Shown here: in pieces, positions 38,056 to 51,185 of the stretch
How the letters are laid out: each line of letters begins with the position of its first letter
How positions within the stretch are numbered: the stretch's first letter is position 1
Assembly (NCBI RefSeq): GCF_001194135.2
Contig: NC_069000.1
Coordinates: forward strand, 10,776,912 to 10,840,911
Origin: Octopus bimaculoides
Taxonomy: Eukaryota
Direction: 5' to 3'
Length of the DNA: 64,000 nucleotides
Position numbers and translations under genes: made by a program
Notes under the pieces: generated by a model
What the model was told of the DNA's origin: nothing
Database searches by the model: none
What the model saw: the letters and a program-made list of their open reading frames with translations, nothing else

Positions 38056-40359
38056 CTTGGGGTAAGCATTTGGTTTCAATCTGAGGTCAGGATGATTTCC
38101 CCCCTTTCCTCCTTACCAATCATGGAACCCCAAGGAGGAGTCATGGGCACTGCCCATCTCTCTCTGCATAAGCAACAAAAAGGTCAGTTTGCTAGAGTTG
38201 TGGTAGCTACCTGGTAGTGATATTGGCAGCAGTGTGGTTGTTGTTTTGGTAACTTTTTCTAGTGTTGTTCACCCATGCAGCTGTAACGTAGGTGTGAGTA
38301 AACAGTTTCTGAGTTCAAATTTAATCAAAGTCACTTTTAACCTTTCAGTCATTTCTCTTGGACTGTTGCTAAAATGATATTCAATATAAACACTGTGTTC
38401 AGTTCAGTTATCGTTTGTCTTTCTTTTCTTTTTTTTTGTTGTTGTTTTGTTTCTGATTTCATTAATTAGAAGAGGTCGTTTACAAATTTGAATTCATTTT
38501 CTACAATGTAAACAATGTCTAAAAGCTATGAAAATGATCATGAGCATTGCATAGAAACCATCAAAGTGTATTCTTTGTATCACTGGAATGCTAGATTCTT
38601 GTTGTTAGATTATTCTATTACAGAACTGGAATGTGTTTAGAACATGCTATTAATGTTTTGTAAGGAAAAGGTTAAAAATCTAGCCAGAAGCAATCATTGT
38701 CAGAATTTTCAAACTACTTGACAAATTTAAATAAATAAGTTGTGGGTTGTAGGCTGCATTCTGAGCAAAAATCTTATTAATGTCATTTTTATCTTCTTTC
38801 CCTCCGGGGTTGATAAAATAAGATAATTTTTCAGACTATTAACCTCGTCTTTACAAGATGAATTTTTTTTTTGTAATGTTCTTTTTTTATTTAATTTGTT
38901 TTATATATTTACAACAATACTACTTCTGAGTTGCTTTGATCTCTGATTCTGATAGATGGCGTATTTCTGTACTGGAAGGTATTTCAAACTCGGAACCGTT
39001 ATTTCTAAATTAAGAGTAATAATGTTCTTAATCAAAAATGAGGTTCGTAGCCAGGAAAATGGTAATCATATTAACGACAAAGCGACTCAGACATTCAGAT
39101 ATTGAATCTAGTGTTTTTGCTTTCTTTTTTTTTTTTTAGAAATAAAACTTCATTAATGTTTAATAAGAATCTTGATGTGTGTGTGTGTGTGTCTTAAGAG
39201 GTTGTTTTCTTATGAATAAATTGCTAGTAATTTAATGTAGTTGACAATTTGAGTACACTTGTAAAAATCTCTTCTGTGAAACTTCATTGATTGTAAAACA
39301 TGGCAAATACATGTGTCATGGTAAGTCAAATCCTCAATTTAAATATATTAACATATTTCTGACCGATGGCCTTTACTTGTCTTACTTACTCTTATAACAA
39401 TAATCGTATGCAGCAACCCTGTACTTCGAATGTATCAGTAAATAAATTTGTTTTTTAATTGTTATCATTCATTAATGAAAGCATCGCTGCAATATCGACT
39501 CTGTGATGGACTCTGCTTCTACTCAGAATCAATAAAATCTTAACATCACTTAGCCTGTCGGTGTTTATAGATGGCGCAGGAATATTCTAATTATTTTTTA
39601 TCAAAGTCCAAACACTCTTTTATTAAATCATTAATAAATAATATCACTGAATCCTAACTTACCGCTTGAGATTATAAGCTGCTATTACACTTGAAAATTG
39701 AAGGAAGAAACAAAAAATCTGGAGAAATTAGCTCAATAAAAGATAAGCAAACACACACAGTGCAAACAAGAAGTTTTTTTTTTTGTTTTGGTGAGTGGAA
39801 GGCAGAAAGTTTTTTCTAAAATAATGTTAAACTTTGTATCTTGCACAGAATAGTGCTTAATTCCTTTTTTTCTTTTTTCTTTTTTCTGACCCTAAAAGAC
39901 AACAATAGTATTTGAACTGTTGTACAGGACTTGAAGAGTTAATGATCAATACAGACGATAACAAAAGGAAAATAACATATTTCTTGTTATTAGTACAATG
40001 CCAAATACTAAAACATTAACTAGATACATTCTTTCACTTTATGGTTTACATTAAACAATAAATAACTACTTCTATCCCAGAAAAAAAATAATAAATTAAT
40101 TCTGCTAAACATTAGAGGCAAAGGGAAGAAGATTTGTCATGTGAATGATACAAAATAGCATATTAATGACAGGAAAAAAGTCGGACCTCATTTCTGACTC
40201 TGGAATCTAAAGTACAAAGACGTTCATCAACATTTCAGACTATGTTAACATCCTTTGGCTGTTGATCAGAGGTGGGACCTGGCCCTGTAGTACAACAATT
40301 GTACTGTACAACCAAGGCAAAACCTTACAGGTTTTAATGAACTTCCTTGGTGAAAGCAT

Positions 40360-40575
40360 TTAACTTTTAATTGTTCAGGTTATTCTGTTAGATTTAATTC
40401 TTATTTATTCGAATTGTTTAAAATTAATCATGCATTATCTTGTAGCTTTGAGATTTTGACGATGTTGTTGCTTATTTTTAGAATGACATTGTTAGGGTAG
40501 ATGCGAGAGGCCAGATCTAGCCAGTTTGAACATAAAACAGGTCGGATGTGGCTGGTTTAAATGCTAAAGGGTTAA
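40360..40575 (+). mobile_element. M1 TTAA MITE
   Basis: TTAA at 40360, AAATGCTAAAGGG-TTAA at 40575. Confidence 0.8.
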
Positions 40576-40707
40576 ATGGCAACACATTGTACCCTATGCA
40601 TTGGACAATACCTTCCTCTTCCATTTGCAAACAGATATGTATACCTACCTATCTCTTTCATCAACTGTCTCTCCCCCTCTCTTTCTCTCTCTGTGTTTGT
40701 GTACACA

Positions 40708-41147
40708 GGCGCAGGAGCGGCTGTGTGGTAAGTAGCTTGCTTACCAACCACATGGTTCTGGGTTCAGTCTCACTGCGTAGCACCTTGGGCAAGTGTCTTC
40801 TATTATAGCCTTGGGCCGACCAAAGCCTTGTGGGTGGATTTGGTAGATGGAAACTGAAAAGAAGCCCATCGTATATATGTGTATATGTTTGTGTGTCTGT
40901 GTTTGTCCACCCCCCCAATATCGCTTGACAACTGATGCTGGTGTGTTTACGTCCCCGTAACTTAGCAGTTCGGCAAAAGAGACCGATAGAATAAGTACNN
41001 NNNNNNNNAACTTAGCAGTTCGGCAAAAGAGACCGATAGAATAAGTACTAGGCTTACAAAGAATAAGTCCTGGGGTCGATTTGCTCGATTAAAGGCATTG
41101 CTTTAGCATGGCTGCTATCAAATGACTGAAACAAGTAAAAGAGTAAA
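40708..41147 (+). mobile_element. Family A SINE, young (40-bp duplication across a 10-N gap)
   Basis: Consensus head and tail. Confidence 0.9.
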
Positions 41148-41784
41148 AAAAAAAAGAGTAATATATATTTCCCATAAGTCTTTGTGGGTTTAGTGGCATT
41201 GCTAAAATATTTCCTTTTCGGGGGAAAATATTAGAACTCCTGTCAACTGTTTAGGTGATCACACTCTGCTTACAGTAATGAATTCGTCTTTCCAATTATG
41301 CTTATTTATAACTAGGGTGGTCTTGGTGGGTCACTGAGAGTTAAGTGTCTCTGCCTGGTACACAGTAAGTGCAATGTCAGCATAAGTGTTGAAACTATCT
41401 AGTCTTCAAGCTAGCAAGTTGATACTTTAGCTATGCAACCTGACAGCTTGTAAGTCTATATTGTATCACAAGAAGCAAAAATTATGTGAAATAGATAGCC
41501 TATAATCCAATTATTAATGCATGGGTTGGGAGTTCAAATCCTGAGACACTTGTATTTCTTCTGCGGTCAAGCTAGTGTTAAAAATGACATTGGCTATGCT
41601 TTTTCTCCCCCAATACTGGGCCATTTTCTACAGGCAAGATGCTCTTCCTGTCACCAACCCTCACCAGTTTCCAGGCAAGGTAATATTTGCCCCAGCTGGA
41701 CATGTTTTTCCACAGAAGACTGGAAATGAAAAGCATGCTCATTTAAAATGATGTCAGGACAAGAGCGTGCACACACATGGGTTC

Positions 41785-41925
41785 TTTCCTTTCCTGTCTA
41801 CTAAAACCACTCACAAGGCTTTAGTTGGCCCAGGGCTAGAGTAGAAGACACTTGCCCAAGATGCCATGCAGTGAAACTGAACCCAAGACCACATGATTGG
41901 GAAGCGAGCTTCTTAACCACACAGG
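41785..41925 (-). mobile_element. Family A SINE 5' part, head-to-head with the next copy
   Basis: Reverse head region. Confidence 0.8.
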
Positions 41926-41947
41926 TCATGTTCTAAAATTAATACAA

Positions 41948-42735
41948 TGTGGCTGTGTGGTAAGAAGCTTGCTTCCCAACCACATGGTCCCGAGTTCAGT
42001 CCCACTGTGTAGCACCTTGGGCAAGTGTCTTCTTCTATAGCCTCAGACCGACCAAAGCCTTGTGAGTGGATTTGGTGGATGGAAACTGAATGAAGCCTGT
42101 CGTATACATGTATATCTATGTATGTGTTTCTTTGTGTTTGTCCTCCACCATCGTTTGACAACTGATGCTGGTGTGTTTATCATCGTTTAATCATCGTTTA
42201 ACGTCCGCTTTCCATGCTAGCATGGGTTGGACGATTTGACTGAGGACTGGTGAAACCGGATGGCAACACCAGGCTCCAATCTAATTTGGCAGAGTTTCTA
42301 CAGCTGGATGCCCTTCCTAACGCCAACCACTCAGAGAGTGTAGTGGGTGCTTTTACGTGTCACCCGCACAAAAACGGCCATGCTCGAAATGGTGTCTTTT
42401 ATGTGCCACCCGCACAAGAGCCAGTCCAGGGGCACTGGCAACAATCTCGCTCGAAAACCCTACAAGGCCAGTCAGGCGGTACTGGCAACGGTCACGCTCA
42501 AGATGGTACATCTTATGTCCAACCCGCACAAGAGCCAGTCCAGGGGCCCTGGCAACGATCTCACTTGGCTTGCCGGGTCTTCTCACGCACAGCACATTTC
42601 CAGTCACCATAATTTAGCAGTTCGGCAAAAGAGACCGATAGAATAAGTACTAGCCTTTAAAAATAAGTCATGGGGTCGATTTGTTTGGCTAAAATCCTTC
42701 TAGGTGGTGTTGCAGTACTATGACAAAAGCCAGTG
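41948..42735 (+). mobile_element. Family A SINE interrupted by family E (42181-42610, -)
   Basis: A resumes at AATTTAGCAGTTCGGCAAAAGAG (42610). Confidence 0.82.
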
Positions 42736-43764
42736 AAATGAGAAGCTCCATGGCTATTGGTCAAGCATTGAACTGTGCAGATAAGCAACATCGATATACT
42801 TTGGCAGATAAGACACAGTTGGTGTGTGCTGTATGTAGTACATGCTAAAGTTTGTGTATTGTTTCTACTGTATCTCAAATGCTATGCTCATTGTATGATT
42901 AAAGCTCTGTGTGTGTGTGTGATGGCTTAGAGACCTTGACATTGCTTAATCGGAGAGAGCTATGAGCAGGTAAACAGCTGATGGGTGTTGCTTTCTCCTG
43001 CCTGCCTGCCTGCCTGTGTAAGTCTATGTATCTCTCTCTATCTAGCTAGCAAACGTATCTTTCCATGTTCTTGTGTACCTGTGTTTTAGTATATTATTGG
43101 CAACCTGTTTTCTGGTCAAGTGTCAGCTCAAGTACACCTGGTAGGTGTTGGTCTTTCTCTAACAGCAGCGGTGGGGGTAGTGTCGTTGGTGGTGGTGGTG
43201 GTGGCTATAGTTCTGATAATAGGTTAACGAGAAGGTATGGAGTGAGATTTCCACAACTCATTGTACTCCAGACTGTTGCAGCATTAGGATCAGAGACTCT
43301 TAAAAATTTCCCCTCTTTCCTTTTTTCTTTCTATCTTTCTGTTTTTCCTTTTGAATTCTTACTTTCCTTTTTAAATGTTTCTTTTCTTTTTTTTAAATTT
43401 TCGTTTTCCCTTCAGCCAAACAAAACACAGTAAAACAACACCAACACCCATTCTCATACACACCCAAATGCATTCACACACACACACACACATACCTAAC
43501 CTCCCTCAACTTTAATAATCCTGAATGTGCTAACTTTTTACCTGAAAGGAAATTACTTAGTAGACATGCATTTACACACACACACACACAAAATTTTATT
43601 GTAAATCTGTTTCTGTTGGACTGGTCTACCTATTACTCAGATAAATATTTATAAACGCCACATTAACTTCATTGATCTATTGTTAAAGAATTGGAAGAAG
43701 AGCAAAATTATAATCACGCCCAACCACCTAAAATAAAATTGAAGAATAAACAAATTTCTGTTAG

Positions 43765-43965
43765 AAATAACCCTTTTTACTACAGAGACAAGGCCTGGAA
43801 TTTGCGGGGAGGGGGCTAGTCGATTACATTAACCCCAGTGCTCAACTGGTACTTATTTTATCGACCTGGAAAGGATGAAAGGTAAAGTTGGTCTCGGTGG
43901 AATTTGAATTAACAACGTAAAACTGGAAGAAATGCTGCAAAGCATTTTGTCCAGTATGCTAATGG
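43765..43965 (-). mobile_element. Family B SINE
   Basis: Reverse complement of family B. Confidence 0.8.
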
Positions 43966-43975
43966 TTACCAATTC

Positions 43976-44803
43976 TATGAGGTGGTATCAAAAGATTCCT
44001 GGACTAGTTATGATGTTTAATAAAAAATAACTTATTTACTTAAGTTTTAACATCATCTCCTTCGAAATGGTCACCTTGTGCAGCAATATACCGGTCCCAG
44101 CATTCCTGCCACTTGTGGAGTCTGGTCTGGAAGTTGTTTTCTGTAAGCGAATCGAGGACCTTCTGCGATTTGCCCTGATCCTCGACAATGATGTTAAAAC
44201 GGCAACCTTTGAGCTGCATTTTCATCTTGGTGAAGAGATGGTGGTCCGTGGGTGTTATATCAGCAAAATAGGGTGGGTATGGAAGTGATAGCATGTTGTT
44301 TTTGACAAGAAACTCACAAGTGAGGAGGGCTTGGTGACGGGGTGCATTGTCACCAAGAAGAATTCAATACTTCGTGCCTCACAGATTCAGCGCTTTCACC
44401 AAATGTCCTCCCTCAAATGCTTCAAAACATCGAGGTAGAACTCTAGATTGATGGTCTGACCCTAGGGGACAAATTCTCATTGTGCAATACAACATTTCTG
44501 GGGTGGGGGGTGACACTCCTGGCAGGTCTTCCAGATCACTCATTGTCTTCCAGGGATGTTCTTCCACTTTTGAAACACTCATTCCACTCAAAACATTGCA
44601 TTTGACCCATTGCCTTAATGCCGTAAGCCTGCTAAAACATGCTCAATGTTTCTGCAGTAGACTTCCCAAGTTTAACACCAAATTTCACGTTGGTTCTTTG
44701 TTCCTGTCCATGACAAAATCACAGACTACAGCATACGCATGATCATACGCACAACTATGTGCTGCCACCTGTTGGCATGCCAACTTTCTATTACCGCCTC
44801 ATG
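43976..44803 (-). mobile_element. mariner DNA transposon, internally deleted relic
   Basis: Degenerate TIRs TA-TGAGGTGGTA / TACCGCCTCA-TG around transposase remnants. Confidence 0.88.
44040..44711 (-). pseudogene. mariner (DD34D) transposase pseudogene with stops, frameshifts and a central deletion
   Basis: EQRTNVKFGVKLGKSTAETLSMF*QAYG...CFEW...FKSGRTSLEDNE*SGRP N-terminus; DNAPRH; PYPPYFADITPTDHHLF (YSPDLAPCD motif); WQECWDRYIAAQGDHFEG C-terminus. Confidence 0.9.
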
Positions 44804-45612
44804 CATAACTGTCTGTTCTTTTTTTCCTTCTTTCTCTTTCCTTAATCTTACAGAACTATATGTATTGCTTATGAGACAACTCACAGCCTAACCAGAAGTC
44901 TCTGCTAGTATACTGTCTGTTAGGTCATCAAGTCTTTGTAGTGTAGTGTCCTGGTTATTCCTACATTCTGTAATTTCCCATATGGTGTACCAAAAGGATG
45001 TGACATGCTTCTTCACTCCACAAAGCCTGCACTACTCCAGCTGTTCATCAATCATTTAGAAGCCTGTCTTCAAAGAAATAAACTCTAAGTGGCACTTAAG
45101 CAATTCCACTGTTGTCTTTGTTACCAGAAACACCAACAGATGTTGGATAAAATCAGCCCTAACACACAAAATGATAGACACTTGTTCCTGTATCTCTATT
45201 GCACTTTTACTGCTTTATCATCTGGCATAAAACCACCTCCTTTGATACTACACTTCAGTCAGTTAAGGGATATTGTCTTGCATGTTATTTGGTGACCTCA
45301 CTAGTGCTAGTGCCACATAAACAGCACCCAGACACTGGAATGTCACACAGTCCTCTGGCTCACCAGCTCCTGTTGAACCAGCAAGGAAAACAGACATTAA
45401 TTGGTGATGGTGATGATGATGGTGGTATATAGGTCAACTTGAGTAGAGCTGACCTACATCTGTACGAGAAAAACTTACTTTGGCTGTGGAAATTCCTTTA
45501 TTTTCAGGAAATAACAAATAAATGAAAACAGTGCATATTTCAGCAGCTCTACCAATGCCATCTTTTTGCCACTTGTTCATTTGCAAGTGTATGGCATTAC
45601 CATTCTACTTAG

Positions 45613-45653
<41 letters not shown>

Positions 45654-46353
45654 NNNNNNNNNNNNNNNNNNNNNNNNNNNNNNNNNNNNNNNNNNNNNNN
45701 NNNTATATATAAAAGAAAAATAATAATTTGAATTAAAACTTTTTTTTGTTGTTTTTTCCTTTGGTTGTGTTGATAAAATACAATATATTGGTTAAAAGTG
45801 GGAAAAAAAATGAAACCGTATAGATTTTGTTTTTGCCAGATAAGGACAGTGATCTAGATTCTACTGCCACCTCCACCACCGCTGCCACCTCCACCACCTG
45901 TGCCTGTTTTCCTCCCTCTGATATCTCTTCACCGATGTTATTGATCATCTGATATTATATTTAGACAGTTATATATTCTACACATATGATATTTGTTTTG
46001 ACTTAACTTAAAACTGTTCTGCAATTTTACTAGACAAGAGTTCATAGTTCTTGCCACCACCACCCTCACCCCAACCACATCCCTTAGCTGCCCCTCCCCT
46101 TAACACCTGTTTCATAGTTTTATTTCCGGTAATCTACACCCACTCTGCTATTAAACTGCCATATTATATTTATGTTACTGGTGTCTTCCACGAAAGACAA
46201 TGCATTACTATATTATGCCGGTGTCTTCACATATTCATATACATAGACTTTGCATCTAATTAATAAAGGATTGAATAATCACATTGGCACTTAGACATAA
46301 GATGAAGAATATGTGCAAGAGAGCTGTGGCCTGTTGACCAATAAGTACCAGTT

Positions 46354-46668
46354 GCGTGGCTTAGTGGTTAGGGCATTCAGCTCACAATTGTAAGGTCGTG
46401 AGTTCGATTCCTGGTGACGCGTTGTGTCCTTAAGCAAGACACTTTATTCCACGTTGCTCCAGTCCACTCAGCTGGCAAAAATGAGTAGCACCTGTATTTC
46501 AAAGGGCCGGCCTTGTCACGCTAAGTGTCATGCTGAGTCTCCCTGAGAACTACGTTAGGGGTACACGTGTCTGTGGAATGCTCAACCACTTGCACGTTAA
46601 TTTCATGAGCAGGTTGTTCCATTGATCGCATCAGCTGGGACCCTCGTCGTCGTAACCCACGGAGTGCT
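46354..46668 (+). mobile_element. Family C SINE, well preserved
   Basis: A-box TGGCTTAGTGG, B-box GTTCGATTCC, tail CGGAGTGC. Confidence 0.88.
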
Positions 46669-47195
46669 CCTACCTGTATATCACTGATGATACTCATTGA
46701 CTACAAAAGCTGAAAGGCAAAAACAAGCCCAAATGTTATTCAACAAATTTAGAATTTAAGAAAACCTAATGAGTTTGATGTGGGCAGAAAGCTATACATT
46801 TGCTGGAGAGAAAAAATTAATTGCATTAACCTGAGACTATTGTGTTGTACCTATTTTGTTGATGCCAGATGGAGGTTTGGTTGCTATTTCAAGCATGTCA
46901 AGTCGAGTGACCACATGGGGGTTCCATCATTTGCCTAAGTTGACAGAACTATATAGGGGGGAAAAAAAATGTCTTTTGCCAAGATTGAGCACTGAATTAG
47001 GGATATGACTTACACTCTAGTGGTAAATTTGAAAATAAATGGCTTTGAAAAAACAAAAACAAAAAAAGCCCCCCCCCCCCCGTAAAAATTGGTTTTATTG
47101 GCAAGTAAATAAAAGTCAAATTCCAACCTCCTCCTTTTTCTCCCATTTGGTGTTTGTTACAACTTCAAGGAGAAAGAACTTTGTGAGAACAAGAC

Positions 47196-47229
<34 letters not shown>

Positions 47230-47544
47230 CACCACTACTACTCCCACCACCAGCACTACTACTGTTGCTGCTGCTGCTTCAAACCTTTTGTTTAGTTTTT
47301 ATAAATCACTTCTTATCTTTTACTGCTATCATATATCTCTACTGATGTTTCCTCTTTATATGTCTAATTGTTTACCTTATTACCTACTTAATGAATGACT
47401 AAACAAATAAACCCCGGTTATTATGTGCATGATGTGATGGGCTTTTCTAGAAAGTATATCACATTCATTTGTGTCTTAATAGCATGCAGCATAAATAAAA
47501 AAGCTGGTGGAATGGTATTTCAGGTCTAAATAACCCTGTTGTGC

Positions 47545-47760
47545 TTAACCCTTTTAGCGTTCAGATTAACCTGCCAAATGCAATGCACATGCTTTCACAT
47601 TCTTCTTGAATTAATCATGCATCATTTTATAGCTTTGGGATTTTGATGGCATAGTCGTTTATTTTTGGAGTGACATTGCAGAGTAGATGTGAGAGGCCAA
47701 ATCTGGCTAGTTTGAATATTTGGTAGAATATTTGGGCTGGTTTGAATGCTAAAGGGTTAA
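47545..47760 (+). mobile_element. M1 TTAA MITE, complete
   Basis: TTAA-CCCTTTTAGCGTTCAG ... GAATGCTAAAGGG-TTAA. Confidence 0.85.
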
Positions 47761-47935
47761 CCCTGCTTTCTTCAAAATGGTGAGTTCGAATTCTTCCTAG
47801 GTCAACGTCGCCCTTCTGTTCATCGGGAGGGGAGGGGATCAATGAAATAAGTACCAGTAGTAGATTGACTCTGTACCAACGCACCCGTCACTTTTGTTCA
47901 ATTGTCGAAATTAGAAATTGGTATTAAGTTAGAAT

Positions 47936-48110
47936 AAGGCGGTGATCTTGTAGAATTGTTAGCACGTTGGACAAATTGCTTAGTGGCATTATTTCTGGTT
48001 CTTTACATTTTGAGTTCAAATCACGCTGAAGTCAACTTTACCATCCATCCTATCAAGTACTGTAATGGACTTGTCCCCTCCCCTCAAAAATTGCTGGCCT
48101 TTAACCCTGC
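47936..48110 (+). mobile_element. Family B SINE, diverged
   Basis: GGCGGTGATCTTGTAGAATTGTTAGCACG head. Confidence 0.7.
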
Positions 48111-48340
48111 AACTGACCAAATGGCATTCTGTTCAGTGGAATGTTGTGAATGTTGTTATTCTTGCTCACTTATATGCAGTGGAAACCAAGTAACCAGTCT
48201 TCTGTGAGTCTTGCTGGAGGTGATGGTGGGTGGTGGTGGTATTCATTTGGCTGAAAATTAAAGCAGTACTCCAGCATGGTCACAGTGAAATGGTTGAAAC
48301 AAGTAAAGGATGAAAGATGAAAAGTATATTAGCAAACATC

Positions 48341-48591
48341 TTAACCCTTTAGCCGTGAAATTAAATTTCATGTTTGTTCCAGTAATGATGTTAAACATCT
48401 ACCAAAAAAATAGAATTTGTATTTTCTGCAAGTCACGTTGCCTCAATAAACCTGACATATCTCAGCAAAAAATAGTTTCAGACATGACATTCCTCAGCAA
48501 AAGATAGACTGGTATATAAAGCTGCTTTCCACAGTTAAGGGTAATGAAACTTTGAGTGTATACATCTGATTTTCACTCAGAAAAGGGTTAA
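48341..48591. mobile_element. TTAA MITE with a distinct body (family M3)
   Basis: TTAACCCTTTT / AAAAGGGTTAA termini; interior unlike M1. Confidence 0.55.
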
Positions 48592-48610
48592 ATTGGAAAC
48601 CTGTCGGGGG

Positions 48611-48658
<48 letters not shown>

Positions 48659-49120
48659 ATTTTTCGTTTTTTTTTTTATATAAAGGTTTTAGGTTCAAAC
48701 CACTTGATTTCATTTGAGGTTTTATCTCTGATACTCTTGGGAATGTTTCAGCCTCTTGATACTTCTCCCCACTCTGAAAACTAGGGTGGCGGGTGGCCTT
48801 GTGTTGTCCATGTGAGTATAAAAATGTCTTGTAGGTAAAGCAGTGAAGCAATTATTTGCGTACAGTTAATACCGCATCGATAAACCTGGTTATGGATATC
48901 ACACGGGTATCTTACATTACATTGGTTTGCTTCTAACAGAAAATTAACTTAGTACACTTCACTTCTGACAAGTTGTGTAACAAAGCAAGCACAGAACACT
49001 TCTTTCCAAATAGATATATACTTCCACTGAGGAGGAGGAGGAGATAAGAAGGGGGGAAAAAAAAAATCAAGTGTGTATATTTATATGATGAACACACATT
49101 ATAAGTCTGTTTGTGCATTA

Positions 49121-49153
<33 letters not shown>

Positions 49154-49456
49154 TACGTACACATATACACAAATTTTAAATTTTATTGATTTTCACTTTG
49201 TTTTTCTTTTTTTTTTTGTGTAAGATAAACTGAAATCTGTCATCAACAAAAATAACTCTACCGACAACAAAACAACAATGATAATAAATTTTGCAAAATT
49301 GATGTTCTGAGTTTAGAATGTTATTTACTTATTTATTAATTCTATTTTATATTTTTCCAGCTACAAATTTGGACTTTTAATATCACAATCTTTTTTTNNN
49401 NNNNNNNNNNNNNNNNNNNNNNNNNNNNNNNNNNNNNNNNNNNNNNNNNNNNNNNN

Positions 49457-49494
<38 letters not shown>

Positions 49495-50000
49495 ACTTTT
49501 CTGATAGAAGCTTCATAACAAATGTTGGGAATTAAAATTTTGTTATATAATTGACTTCGATAAGAGCAGTCAGTCGGCAAAAGCATTTAGCACACCAGAC
49601 TAAATTCATTTACAATATTTAGTTTTCATAAACTAAATATTGTGTTCAAAACAAAAGTCAAATACTGTTTTGTTTTTGTTTTCCCCCATTCCTTTGGAAT
49701 CGATAAAAATGAAGTACCAGTGATATACTGAATTCAAACCCTACCCTAACAAAAATTGGCCTTGAATCTATGTAAGGAATTAAGAAAACAGCATTACTGT
49801 CTTAGAAGGATAAACTTACATAATAGTTTCCCTTTGTGGGAAAATTTTTAAATAAGACGAAACCTGAGTTCTCGTTTGAGACAACACTTTTCTCTTTTTT
49901 ACTTACTATTTATAGATCATATTTTACTGATATTCAACTATTGAATCGCTTACAAACTGCACAAGATAAGAGAGAAATAGATGACCCAAATAAAGTTCAG

Positions 50001-50454
50001 TTAACACTTTAGTGTTTAAATTACTCTGTCAAATGTAAAACTTATTTATTCACATTGTTTTGAATTAGTCACGTATTGTCTAATAATTTTGAGATTTCAA
50101 TGATGTGGATTTTCTATTTTTAGGAAGACATTGTAGGGTAGATGTGAGAGGCTAGACCCGGCTAGTTTGAAACTTAAAACAGGAGGCATATTTGGGCCAG
50201 ACATGGTCAGATTAACCCTTTCGTTACCAACCCGGCTGGAACCAGCTCTGGCCCTGAGTACAAATGTCATGTTTTCATAAGTTTTGAATTAAAATCTTCC
50301 ATCAAACGTTAGTCACAATTTATGTTCCTAAAACTAGCTGAATGATAACTGAGTTATTTTACTAAATTCTTTGTTATATTTAAAGTAATTGAAAGAAATG
50401 CAGGGCATCTCAAAACAAATACAGTAACGAAAGGGTTAAATGCTAAAGGGTTAA
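50001..50454 (+). mobile_element. M1 TTAA MITE carrying a nested MITE
   Basis: M1 body, final ATGCTAAAGGG-TTAA follows the insert. Confidence 0.8.
50212..50439. mobile_element. TTAA MITE family M2 with perfect 12-bp TIRs
   Basis: TTAA-CCCTTTCGTTAC ... GTAACGAAAGGG-TTAA. Confidence 0.88.
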
Positions 50455-50837
50455 ACTAATTTACTTGAGTTACCATTAGTTTGTTTTAGCCATCATGGTC
50501 AAGGCCATACTGGATCTTTGCTTTGAGTTGGTTCAAATGTTTTTGTGTGTGTGTGCTTCTGTCATGGTTTTCATTACAGGAATTGATTGGTATTCATTTT
50601 CCTATCCTAGCTCTGGCATAATCAATCTTCTTAACATAAACAACATGACGGGCAAAATAGGTTGGTAAGATTTGCTGTTTCATCCAGCAGGCAAAAAGGA
50701 AGCTACCAGAACACTGTAACAACAGTGTACCAGCAGCATTAGTCCCAAGCACAGTGTAACAGGATGTTAGTTAATAACTTTTGTAATCATCATGTGATAA
50801 GTGTCCCACCCCAGGGCAGCATGGGATATGGGTGTGT

Positions 50838-51064
50838 TTAAACCTTTAGCCTTTAGCGCCATATCCAGCCCAATTATTCTACCTGTTGTATGCGCAAACT
50901 GGCCAGATTTGGCCTCTCACGCATACTCTATAATGTCATTCTAAATATAGACAATCACAACATTGAAAATTTTGAAGCAACGAGATAATGTATGATTAAA
51001 TCAAAACAATGTAAATATATAAGCATTACTTTCAACAGGGTAATCTGAATGCTTAAAGATTTAA
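50838..51064 (-). mobile_element. M1 TTAA MITE, inverted relative to the 50001 copy
   Basis: Reverse M1 body with TTAA at both ends. Confidence 0.78.
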
Positions 51065-51185
51065 TGAAGAAGATGGTGGTAGCGGTGGTGGCAGTGACCT
51101 AATGCTGAAGCTCACAGCCTCTGAGCCATAGGCCATTCCTTCAAAGATATAGTATTTATTGCTACTTCCATGTCTTGTGCACGTA

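Noticed and set aside
40959-41048. Exact 40-bp direct repeat
   Set aside because: Flanks a 10-N gap (40999-41008); assembly artefact
42250-42646. Several ~85-120 aa ORFs with normal-looking composition
   Set aside because: They lie inside the family E element and its tandem units
44900-45080. Minus-strand CRLCG motif suggesting a LINE zinc knuckle
   Set aside because: Remaining H/C positions not convincing; too decayed to call
46354-46425. tRNA-like heads with A/B boxes (also 27587, 58457)
   Set aside because: No complete cloverleaf; they continue into SINE bodies
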